A stretch of 64,000 nucleotides of DNA, from the IMG/VR virus record IMGVR_UViG_3300025093_000019, positions 1-64,000 of that record. The stretch is one strand, 5' to 3'. Below, in pieces: positions 28,278-37,512 of the stretch. The translations under genes and the position numbers were made by a program. Under the pieces are notes generated by a model. That model was not told the origin of the DNA and searched no databases. It saw only the letters and a list, made by a program, of their open reading frames with translations. Positions within the stretch are counted from its first letter, which is position 1; each line of letters starts with the position of its first letter. This DNA is from a virus.

Positions 28278-30191
28278 TTATGGCATTGTTGCTTGTTGAT
28301 CTATTCCTTCATCGCTACCCAACATGTCCTTAACCGTTCTCATTTGTCTAGCGTAATCTCCTGTTGATGTAACTATGTTTATATCAGCACCTTTAGCTCT
28401 ACTAGCATTTGGATTTGCTAAATCAGCATAATGCATTGAATTTGTCATATTAGAACCTAGATTGATTTCTAGCCACTCACGCTTCCATTCTTGACCTTCT
28501 TTTGGAAGAGTTATACCATAAGATCCTTCAAGCTCATCTTGTAATCTCCAGTTAATTAAATGAGCTGCAAAATCTTCACCATGAGATGTTTGCCCACTAA
28601 CTATAGGTCTTATTTCTCCAACACCTTCAGTACCATCAAAAGCCATGAGCTTTCCACCCTCTACTAGATCATCGTCTTCATTGATTAAGACTTTCCAGTT
28701 TGCCACCCACTCTTGTTTTTTCACACGATTACCAAGATCATTTGTAGTCCATTCATCGCCATTCATCAAGGTAAGGTTATTAACACCGACAACTCTCATT
28801 CGCTTTAACTCGTCTGCTGTATATTCTGTCCACAATCCATCTAAATTTAACTGACCATTTTGTGCTAAATCGTACATTGTTGTAGTTCCATCCTCCTTAA
28901 CAAAAGCGTCTTGAAATTGCTGTAAATACGGTCCAAAGTTTTGCCAATTATACTGATCAGTTTTATAAGCATCTTTAAGTACTATCTCTTTTCCATTTAC
29001 ATATTCACCACTCTCAGTATAGTTATTTACACCAACTTGATCTGTCTCTGGTCCTGCCCCTTCCGAAATATTAGCATACATAAATTGACTTTGATCTTGA
29101 AGAACTTGACCAGTTTTAGGATCATAATTTTGATAAGCCCACTCATCTCTCTTTTTTGATTCTGTCTTCTTTTGTTTTAGTTTTTCTGCATAGTCACCAA
29201 CTCTAGAAGCAAAATAAAACTCTTCAGCAACTTGAATTTTATCAGGATCATTTAGTTCATCAAATGTAAACTTTCTATTTTCTAAAACTAGTTGTCCATT
29301 TTCATCTCTATAATAACTACCATCATCATTTAGTTTAGGCATTGAAAATGAACGATTTCTATGATACGCATCAAACATTTCTTGACGCAGAAAGTATTCA
29401 TGATTTTCATCTAGTCCATATTTTCTTATATAGTCAACAGCCGCTTTAACTTGTTCATAGTTGTTTGCTGTAAGTCCTCCTGATTGATGAAGCTCACCTA
29501 ATCCAAAGCCAAAACTTGATGTATTGTCTTGGGTTACCTTTGTTATATTGTCCCAAGCACTACTATTAATACCACGATCGCTAAAGTAAGCATTCATCAT
29601 GGCGTTAAACTTATCCATATCCCCAGTTCCTTCATCATAATCAATAGGCATTAAACCTACTGTTCCATCATCATGATATCCTAGATTAGGGTTATTTACT
29701 CTTTGCTCTAAGTATTCCTTTTTTGTAGTACCAGTAATTTTTCCTTTATCGTCCTGATTCCACTGCTTCATCATATAGTTACCACCACCAACATCCCTCA
29801 GTTCATACTGGCCTTGTTGCTGCCCGGAACCATAAGTTCTTAAAGCAATATCTCTAGCTTTTGTTAACTCTAAATTTCTAGTTAAGGCTTGTTTATTGTA
29901 AGCATAATAGTTTTGAGTTCCTGCCAATTGCCTATATTTAGGATCTGCTTGAACCCAATCCATTTCACCTCCATACTGACTATAAAGAGACTTTAGTCCT
30001 GTTTGATAGTTTAGTTGATTTTGATACATCCATTGACCATCTCCCGGAAGACCTTCAACTTCCAGGTCGGGCATACCAGGCATAGCGTCTTGTGGCTTTT
30101 TATATCTTGTAAAACCTAAAGGCTGTCTAGCCCTAGCTCTTTGATAAGCCATTGTCCCAGGTGCATCACCCATGTAATTTACTAACGCCAT
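28278..30191 (-). CDS. Putative virion cargo/ejection protein
   Basis: 637 aa between the cargo genes and the vRNAP polyprotein; call rests on position only, no motif recognised. Confidence 0.55.
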   Translation of the reverse strand: MALVNYMGDAPGTMAYQRARARQPLGFTRYKKPQDAMPGMPDLEVEGLPGDGQWMYQNQLNYQTGLKSLYSQYGGEMDWVQADPKYRQLAGTQNYYAYNKQALTRNLELTKARDIALRTYGSGQQQGQYELRDVGGGNYMMKQWNQDDKGKITGTTKKEYLEQRVNNPNLGYHDDGTVGLMPIDYDEGTGDMDKFNAMMNAYFSDRGINSSAWDNITKVTQDNTSSFGFGLGELHQSGGLTANNYEQVKAAVDYIRKYGLDENHEYFLRQEMFDAYHRNRSFSMPKLNDDGSYYRDENGQLVLENRKFTFDELNDPDKIQVAEEFYFASRVGDYAEKLKQKKTESKKRDEWAYQNYDPKTGQVLQDQSQFMYANISEGAGPETDQVGVNNYTESGEYVNGKEIVLKDAYKTDQYNWQNFGPYLQQFQDAFVKEDGTTTMYDLAQNGQLNLDGLWTEYTADELKRMRVVGVNNLTLMNGDEWTTNDLGNRVKKQEWVANWKVLINEDDDLVEGGKLMAFDGTEGVGEIRPIVSGQTSHGEDFAAHLINWRLQDELEGSYGITLPKEGQEWKREWLEINLGSNMTNSMHYADLANPNASRAKGADINIVTSTGDYARQMRTVKDMLGSDEGIDQQATMP

Positions 30192-30196
30192 AACCT

Positions 30197-30204
30197 CAAA
30201 GTTA
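30197..30204 (-). promoter_or_regulatory. Candidate Bacteroidota sigma70 -7 box (TAACTTTG)
   Basis: The minus strand reads ttttTAACTTTGaggttATG, matching TAnnTTTG 5 nt upstream of the 30191 start; no clear -33 box seen. Confidence 0.35.
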
Positions 30205-30209
30205 AAAAA

Positions 30210-32066
30210 TTAAGATGAATATAATTCGCCTAGCTGTCTTCTTTCGTCTTCAGTCATTTTCATGTAGTCTGAAAAAGATAAATACCCACTTTTTGGATTG
30301 TTAGGATCTTTTCCTGCCATCATTTTAGCTTTGTCTAAAGATTTATAATCCATGTATGCAATATCCATATCCATAGAAGACTTTTCATTAATCAATCCTT
30401 GATCTCTGTATAGTCCAGCTTCTTCTGCGTCAAATATCTCACGAACATTTCCTGCAATCTTCTCACCTTTGTCTGCTGCAAACGCAGATCTAGCAGCTTC
30501 ATTTTGCATATCTCTTTGCATCTTCTGACCAAGCCAAGTAGAATTGTATTGATCTTCTCTTACTCTGTCTTGATTTAATTGCTGGTTTTGCATTGTCCAT
30601 AAAGAAGACGCTATCTTGTTTTGAGAGTCCATCTGATTTGCACTAATGCCTGTAGTACCAACTGGAGATCCCCCCATTTGCTTATTGATATAGTGAGCCA
30701 ATCTAGCTTGCTTACTTACGTCTGCTTCAGCATCTTGTTTCATTGTCTCATAGTCCATCCTTGTAGATGAAGGACGAACTCGAATTGGATCAGGAAGATC
30801 TTTGTATTGACGACTAAGATTCCAAAGCCCCATCCCTGCATTTGCCAATTGCTCTCTTTGAGTCAAAGCTTCACTTCTCTCCATTAACCCAGCCAAAGCT
30901 TTTTCTTCTGGACTTTGTTCTTCAAATTTAGATGTATCTCTAGGATCTGTTGGATCTTTAAATTCGGCATCTAATTCCGGATCGTATAGTTCATGACCCT
31001 CTGGAAACTTTCCACCTGGATAATTATTACGATTAGTGAATGCATCGTCAGAAAGGCGTAATGGCTGTCCTGTTTTTTCCTCCCATGTTGGAAGAGATGC
31101 AGGCATCTGCATGTGATATGGATCCAAATCTTTACCAACGATATAGTTGATTGGATTATCAGGATCTCTCAAATCGAAACCACGCTTACCAGCTCGTATC
31201 TGTTCCTTTTGACGCTCAATCTCTTCAGGAGATAATCCAGACCATCCGCCTCCAATAGTAGACCAATCAAGATCATCGATATTGTCAGCGTTGTAAACTC
31301 CTGGAATCATGTTTCCTGCAATACTTGGATCTCCAGTTCCCATGGTAGGAGTATTGGCATTTACTCCAGCTGCACCCACTCCTTCTCCTTCAGCTACTTC
31401 TTCTGATGTTGGTGATATTGGTGATGTTGGTGATGTTGAAGTATTTTGATATTGAGCCATTATTGATGGATCCATTTCTAAAAACTGGTATTGACTATTT
31501 CCTTGTAGATATTTAGGCCATTCTCTTCCAGCTAATTTATGAGCACCTTCAACTGCACCATCAGTAAGATCGTTGTCTCCATACATATTTTGTATTAATG
31601 CAGCTACAAACTCTAATGGAACGTCTGTTCCACCACCATTTTGATACGAAGGATACTGATTATTGTTATTCATCATCAGCCCATATAATTTACTATCTAC
31701 CATATCCTTTACTTGTTTAGTGGTTCCACCTTTTACTCTTTTGTTGTATGGAGAATTTGGAGAAAGAGCTTCTGGATCTATTCCCAATTCATTTTGCATT
31801 CTATCAACTTGTTCTTGATTCAGGAAATACTCTTTAGATGAAATATTAATATCCATTCCGGATCCTCCGCCTTGGTTCATGCTAACTTTTTGATTTGGAT
31901 CATAACCTAATGCAGCAACAATCTTTTTAACTGATTCAACATTCTCGTGAGGCACAACATGCCCCGGACCAGCATTCATTTGTTTATCGTCTGCTTTAGG
32001 ATTTCCATTCCCCGGAACAATTCCGTAAGAACCACGTTTAGTCATATTTCCAAATAGAGATCCCAT
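30210..32066 (-). CDS. Putative virion cargo/ejection protein
   Basis: Likely start MGSLFG at 32066 (TAATG overlap); Q/N/M-rich, helical C-terminus, YQNGG and NQGG motifs. Confidence 0.6.
   Translation of the reverse strand: MGSLFGNMTKRGSYGIVPGNGNPKADDKQMNAGPGHVVPHENVESVKKIVAALGYDPNQKVSMNQGGGSGMDINISSKEYFLNQEQVDRMQNELGIDPEALSPNSPYNKRVKGGTTKQVKDMVDSKLYGLMMNNNNQYPSYQNGGGTDVPLEFVAALIQNMYGDNDLTDGAVEGAHKLAGREWPKYLQGNSQYQFLEMDPSIMAQYQNTSTSPTSPISPTSEEVAEGEGVGAAGVNANTPTMGTGDPSIAGNMIPGVYNADNIDDLDWSTIGGGWSGLSPEEIERQKEQIRAGKRGFDLRDPDNPINYIVGKDLDPYHMQMPASLPTWEEKTGQPLRLSDDAFTNRNNYPGGKFPEGHELYDPELDAEFKDPTDPRDTSKFEEQSPEEKALAGLMERSEALTQREQLANAGMGLWNLSRQYKDLPDPIRVRPSSTRMDYETMKQDAEADVSKQARLAHYINKQMGGSPVGTTGISANQMDSQNKIASSLWTMQNQQLNQDRVREDQYNSTWLGQKMQRDMQNEAARSAFAADKGEKIAGNVREIFDAEEAGLYRDQGLINEKSSMDMDIAYMDYKSLDKAKMMAGKDPNNPKSGYLSFSDYMKMTEDERRQLGELYSS
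31404..31438. repeat. 9-bp tandem repeat (about 4 copies) encoding TSP/ISP
   Basis: tgatgttgg tgatattgg tgatgttgg tgatgttg. Confidence 0.7.
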
Positions 32067-33565
32067 TAGCACCAACCTTTTTTAGTCATTCCACCTTTCT
32101 TATACGGCATCTTTCCACCAGACATCATTCCAAGCATATTCTGTTCTTCAAAATTAGGGCTAGAGTTTAGAGAAGGTCTAAACATATTCCCATCAGGCAA
32201 CGGAACTGTAACAGTTGGAATATTACTTCCCGGAGTCTTTTCTTTTGTAAGTCCACCATCTTCAAAAGAAGGAACATTGGCCTCTGCCATAAAATCTTTT
32301 GTTTTTACTCTTTTGAATTGGCCATAGTCAACGCCTTGAGAATCAACATAACCTTGTCTGATTCTTTGATTAACCATTCTTTTAATCTCTCTTGCACCTT
32401 TTCTGTCTCTAGACATTGCCGGCTGGTAGTTTCCTTCAGGACGAGTATCTTTACTATCCCAATATTCACCCCATTCAACTCTTTCAGATCTTGGAACTCT
32501 ATCAGCTGGAGTCATTCCCCCTGCTCGATAGTTCATCATATTAGTTAAGTTATTGTTTTGTTTCATTTTTCCTGGAATTGCTGCACCATCTTTTGCTGAA
32601 TATACACTTCCTTGGTTTGCGTAAACAGAACCTCTTTGTTGTTGTTGATCATGTAAACCTTCAGCTATTTGCTCTTGTCTTACCATTTCTCTTCTTGCAG
32701 AGCGTTTACCTATAAAATGATCTGCAAGCATAAGTCCTGCACCTATAACATCTCCTGATTTAACTTTATCAAAAGCACCTTTAGCTGCATCACCTGTACT
32801 ATTTGCATCTTGTTCTGCTTGCATTTGCTCCAACTGCTGAGTTTCAGTGTTTACAACTTGCTCCATTTGACTCTCTTGACCAGGCATAGGCTCTCCTAAG
32901 TTTTGAGATTGTGCTCCCATTGCAGCAGGAGATCCTAAAACTTTAGGCCCTTGATTTGCACCCAACTCAGGAACAACATTACCTGTTGCTTCAGGAGCTT
33001 GGCCAAAGTTTTCTGGTAATTGTATTTCTGATTGCTCTGCACCCTGAACTGCATTTTGTATGCCTTGAGTGTCAGCATAATTCATTGTCTGTCCAGCATT
33101 TTGAAGTCCTTGACCTGTAAGTTTTCCTAGATAATCAAAAAACTCCGGACTTATTCCGCCCATCTGATAAGAAGGTTTTTTAATCTTTCCTCCTCTAGCA
33201 ACATTCATTGTTTCGGTTGCTGTTTGATTTCCTAAGTACTGATTAGCCGGTGTAGATCTCTGTGCTGTATGGCCTTGGTTTTTGTTTTTTTGCATCATTC
33301 CCATGACACTTTTACCAATTTGAGGAATCATTTTTGACATACCTCCTCCACCACCAGAGCCACCTCCGCCCATCATTCCACCCATCTTGGACATAAGGCC
33401 TCCGCCTCCGCCTCCACCCATGAGTCCACTTAACATTCCACCACCACCGGCTGCTCCACCGGCTGCTCCTGCGGCTCCTGCTCCTGCGGCTCCACCGGCA
33501 GCCCCTGCTGCGGCTCCGCCTGCTAATACTTTTCCTGCTATTGCTGCTATTGCTGGCCAAGGCAT
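32066..33565 (-). CDS. Putative virion cargo/ejection protein with Gly/Ala/Met-rich N-terminus
   Basis: MPWPAIAAIAGKVLAGGAAAGAAGG... low-complexity N-terminus; multiple xxGG motifs; directly downstream of the muzzle gene. Confidence 0.65.
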   Translation of the reverse strand: MPWPAIAAIAGKVLAGGAAAGAAGGAAGAGAAGAAGGAAGGGGMLSGLMGGGGGGGLMSKMGGMMGGGGSGGGGGMSKMIPQIGKSVMGMMQKNKNQGHTAQRSTPANQYLGNQTATETMNVARGGKIKKPSYQMGGISPEFFDYLGKLTGQGLQNAGQTMNYADTQGIQNAVQGAEQSEIQLPENFGQAPEATGNVVPELGANQGPKVLGSPAAMGAQSQNLGEPMPGQESQMEQVVNTETQQLEQMQAEQDANSTGDAAKGAFDKVKSGDVIGAGLMLADHFIGKRSARREMVRQEQIAEGLHDQQQQRGSVYANQGSVYSAKDGAAIPGKMKQNNNLTNMMNYRAGGMTPADRVPRSERVEWGEYWDSKDTRPEGNYQPAMSRDRKGAREIKRMVNQRIRQGYVDSQGVDYGQFKRVKTKDFMAEANVPSFEDGGLTKEKTPGSNIPTVTVPLPDGNMFRPSLNSSPNFEEQNMLGMMSGGKMPYKKGGMTKKGWC

Positions 33566-33577
33566 AATTTCTAATTT

Positions 33578-36500
33578 TTAGTTGTGCGACTGTCTAAAAT
33601 GAGTCAACACTGATTTGATAAAGATACGACTTTTTGTTTTCCATTCTATTCGAATTTTGATCCACCTACCACGGAATCTACTGTCAACGTCGTATATATT
33701 ATTTGTAGGATTTTGTAAGTCTTGAGTTCTTATTATTGGAAGCTTCCATAAATTTTCAGTATATGCAGGATCTCTCCAATAACTAGCTTCTGTTCCTTCT
33801 ATCCAAGGAAAGTGTTCTGATATCTGATGTTGTGTTTCGTAAACAACACGATAAATGTTATCTGAGCTTGTACTTAGTTCTAGATTGTCAAACACCTTTG
33901 TAATATCTGCTGCTTCATTAACTACGAATTCCACAAAACATAAATCCGGATCATCATTGTCAAAGAATGTAGTTGCATTTTCGTTTCCTGCAATTTCATA
34001 GATGTCTTTCAAATAACCAACTGATGTTATAATTGGATCCGGATTCATACTAGGAAATGACAATTTACCAAACGCAAAGAAGTCTTCATTGATTGTAAAC
34101 CTCATTGCTGAATCAGCTGTTCTTTCACCATGGAAAGCTCCTTGAAGTTCATTAAATACTATTGTTCTTCCAACATCTTTTATAGAGCAATCATCTAGTC
34201 TTTCAGGGCTTCCATATATCCAAGTGAAATATATGTCTTGATGTTTTCTATCGTACACACTAGTAATACCAGTTCTACAAACTGGGTTATCTAAAAAGAA
34301 TTCAACACGATCACTTTCGTCATTATTAAACTCACAAAGCTCGTGGAGTGTCGATCGATAACCTTGCATGTCGGACAATACCTCCATTTGCATATTACCT
34401 TTCATTCTCCAAATCTTTCTCTTATTAAAGTCAACACCATATATTGCAATCTCTGTTGAAACAATTGACCACTGATGCTGAGATCCAACATAGTCTGTTA
34501 AGTTCTGATGTTTAGAATCCAGTATATCCCCAGTACCAAGTAATAACTCACCTGTAGATGATCCTTGATTAAGTACAGCTTTTTCGTTTACAAAATGCCT
34601 GTTAACCCCTTCTTCTTGAATAGAAAACAATGCATTATTTAAAACCTGTAGAGATTTTATTTCACCCATTCTATAATCATACTCTTTCAGTGCAGATAAA
34701 TCGATAACACGATATGCATCTAAGAATGATCCTGGTCTATGCTTATTGCTAAACATAATACCAACAGGTTTGTTTTCCGGGAAGAAAGGTACCTCTAAAT
34801 CTATACCATTATAAAACTTGCTTGACAGAACTTTATTATAACCCGGATTAAGCAACTCAGACTCTCTTTCAATGTCTTTTACAGCTTGCTCGTAAACATC
34901 TGCATATGAACCTGGATAAAACTTATTGATGAAATCATCCAATCTCATCTCAGTATTTATTTTGTTTTCAGATATAAAAGAGTAGCAAACACCAAAAGAA
35001 TATAGTCTTTCTCCAATTAAGCCATCAAACAATCCAATGTCTATACCACCAGCAGCTATATTTCCTCCGTCGTCTTTTACTCCTGGTCCATACTTAGGAT
35101 TGTACATTTGCTTGTGCCATGTTCTTTGCAAAAAGCAATCTCCTTTGTAGAATATTTGATCATTAATCAGTCCATTATTAGCTTGAACGTCAGCTATACG
35201 ATAATACTTTGATATCTTAAAGTAAGTTGTTGCTTTTACATCATACAAGTCTGTTATATCAAAACTAGCAGGATCTACACTTGTGTTATACAAGTTAATC
35301 ATTCTATAGTCGTATTGAATGTCTGCATCTATGCCTATATAGCTCATATATGCCGATTCAAGATTAATCAACTCAATAAACTTGGTATCAGCTAAATTTT
35401 CTGCTAAAAAGTAATACATTGAATCGAAATCATTTCTTGATCCTTGATTAAAATAAGATGTATAGCTATTGTTGTTGGCTTGTTCCCATGGTGCTATATT
35501 ATGAACATCATGAAGATATTTTATCCCAGTACTAAAATTATATGTTTGATCTTGATAAAAATAATCCTCTTTACTGGGATCTATATCAGTAAATCTTTGA
35601 AAATCAATTGTTCCAAATGGATAAACTAGTGCTTTTGGTATCCCAAGTGTTTTTACAAAGAAATGATCAGATGAATGAAAGCCCCATTTGCCTTCTACCT
35701 GTTGAGTGTGTCTTTTAATGTGGTTGACAAAAGTGAACACCTGAGTAAACAGGTCACTAAAGTCATACTTTGTTTGATAAGGAAAAGAAGCTATTCTATT
35801 AGGTTGATTTAATATTCCTTTTTCTTCTTCAAACATTGGAACTACATCCTCATTTCTTTTTTCTATTTGTGGATATTCACCAATCAAAAAGTAAAGACCT
35901 CTTGATGAGGCACCATCAGCTGCATTATAGCATGGTAATGTAAATCCTTGATAAAGAAGTGTTTCTTGACGCTCTGCTCTTACAATATAGAATCCGGTTA
36001 CATTATCTAAAATGTATTGTGGTATAGATGCAAAAGCATTTGTAACGTCAAACTGAACACCCATTACATTAATTAAGTTTCCAGAAACTGTTGGAGACAC
36101 GTTGATGTTCGGAAATCTATAAACACCACTTGTGTTTGGCGTACCACCTAGATTCCAATCATCACGACCAGCAATTGGGAATGCCTGTGTCTCTCTTCCG
36201 TTCTTTAAAACATAGACAATGCCATAAGCATACGCTTCACCTCTAAAATATCCAGTTCTATTATAGACATTTATTTCGTTGTTATAGATTCCTACATCTC
36301 CATTTCCATTTCTATGCTGTAACTGCAAAGTAGCATTGTGACTTGGAACAATCAGTTGAGCAAAATTAAATAGATCTGTTATTGCTTCGTCACCATAGTC
36401 TGTAGTATCAAAAAGATTTCCTGCAAAGTATCTGTTCTCTAATTGAGTGTGCGTTAAAGCACCATCATACTGAGGTTTGGTTTTTATTATTTCATCTAAT

Positions 36501-37501
36501 CCAGTTTCAAAAGTTCCTTCGTATCCTGTAATCTCTATATCAAGAGTAGATAAATTTGGATCTATTGAATAAAGCTTATCTATGATTCCATATTCAACTG
36601 TGTCACTAAAGTAGTACATGTAGCCTATCTCTAGATAAGAATATGTTGTATCAATATTTGAATACCTAAGCTTTATACTTTTGTTGGTTTCTTTGCCGCC
36701 TTCATCACCATGATGTCTAATACCTTCAGACAAATAAGTTCCTTGAGTTATTTGTATTGCATTTGTCTCAGTGAAAAAAGAAGTCTTGTCAAAGTTTTCT
36801 GTTGAGTATCTAGCAAAAAATATCCAGTTTCCTGCACGAGTTTTTCCAGCCTGTCCAAGGCCTTGAAAAGAAACATCAGCATGTATATCAGATTCATGCA
36901 AAAGGTTTACTGCATTTGGAAATGAGTTGTCCCAATACCTTCTTTTGAATGATGTACAATTTCCATCTTGATCAAAACCAGTATTGTAAACTCTAACCGG
37001 CAATCCTTTCTGAGCCATATATAAGCTTACAGATCCATCGTAATCCTCTCTTGCAAATATCTCAACTTGATTTTCACAATCAAAACCTAGCAAATCTGTT
37101 CTAAAGTATTGAGATAGTGAGTTCTCATCTCTAGGTGTATTTGGTCCTGTAAAATTAAAGAGTGGGGAATATTGTTTTGCAGTTCCCCATCCCGAGAAAG
37201 AACAATCTTGATTTACCAATGCTAATGGTGCAGGATAGCATCCTATTTCACTTTGACCAGTACTAGGGTTTGTTGATGCTATATAGGCAACACCGTTATA
37301 CTCACAAACTCCAACAGGAACAAAACCATCTTCTAAACTAAATTTTGCTTCGGATCCACCGACATTAGTAAGAACGGCAGTTTTTCCATCAACCTCAATA
37401 TAACGCATGTTTTGGATTCTCCTAGAAGTATCCTTTGGTATGATCAATAAATCAAGATCTCTATTATCTCCTTTATGAAACTCGTTTATACTAGTTGGCA
37501 T
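33578..37501 (-). CDS. Tail stabilisation/muzzle protein (P22 gp10-like, crAss type)
   Basis: 1307 aa; N-terminal NEFHKG...D.D...QNMR, internal YFRGEAYAYGIV, GDCF, GSQHQWS, and C-terminal SRFRGRWIKI; position as in crAss-like tails. Confidence 0.8.
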   Translation of the reverse strand: MPTSINEFHKGDNRDLDLLIIPKDTSRRIQNMRYIEVDGKTAVLTNVGGSEAKFSLEDGFVPVGVCEYNGVAYIASTNPSTGQSEIGCYPAPLALVNQDCSFSGWGTAKQYSPLFNFTGPNTPRDENSLSQYFRTDLLGFDCENQVEIFAREDYDGSVSLYMAQKGLPVRVYNTGFDQDGNCTSFKRRYWDNSFPNAVNLLHESDIHADVSFQGLGQAGKTRAGNWIFFARYSTENFDKTSFFTETNAIQITQGTYLSEGIRHHGDEGGKETNKSIKLRYSNIDTTYSYLEIGYMYYFSDTVEYGIIDKLYSIDPNLSTLDIEITGYEGTFETGLDEIIKTKPQYDGALTHTQLENRYFAGNLFDTTDYGDEAITDLFNFAQLIVPSHNATLQLQHRNGNGDVGIYNNEINVYNRTGYFRGEAYAYGIVYVLKNGRETQAFPIAGRDDWNLGGTPNTSGVYRFPNINVSPTVSGNLINVMGVQFDVTNAFASIPQYILDNVTGFYIVRAERQETLLYQGFTLPCYNAADGASSRGLYFLIGEYPQIEKRNEDVVPMFEEEKGILNQPNRIASFPYQTKYDFSDLFTQVFTFVNHIKRHTQQVEGKWGFHSSDHFFVKTLGIPKALVYPFGTIDFQRFTDIDPSKEDYFYQDQTYNFSTGIKYLHDVHNIAPWEQANNNSYTSYFNQGSRNDFDSMYYFLAENLADTKFIELINLESAYMSYIGIDADIQYDYRMINLYNTSVDPASFDITDLYDVKATTYFKISKYYRIADVQANNGLINDQIFYKGDCFLQRTWHKQMYNPKYGPGVKDDGGNIAAGGIDIGLFDGLIGERLYSFGVCYSFISENKINTEMRLDDFINKFYPGSYADVYEQAVKDIERESELLNPGYNKVLSSKFYNGIDLEVPFFPENKPVGIMFSNKHRPGSFLDAYRVIDLSALKEYDYRMGEIKSLQVLNNALFSIQEEGVNRHFVNEKAVLNQGSSTGELLLGTGDILDSKHQNLTDYVGSQHQWSIVSTEIAIYGVDFNKRKIWRMKGNMQMEVLSDMQGYRSTLHELCEFNNDESDRVEFFLDNPVCRTGITSVYDRKHQDIYFTWIYGSPERLDDCSIKDVGRTIVFNELQGAFHGERTADSAMRFTINEDFFAFGKLSFPSMNPDPIITSVGYLKDIYEIAGNENATTFFDNDDPDLCFVEFVVNEAADITKVFDNLELSTSSDNIYRVVYETQHQISEHFPWIEGTEASYWRDPAYTENLWKLPIIRTQDLQNPTNNIYDVDSRFRGRWIKIRIEWKTKSRIFIKSVLTHFRQSHN

Positions 37502-37512
37502 TTTTTAATAGT

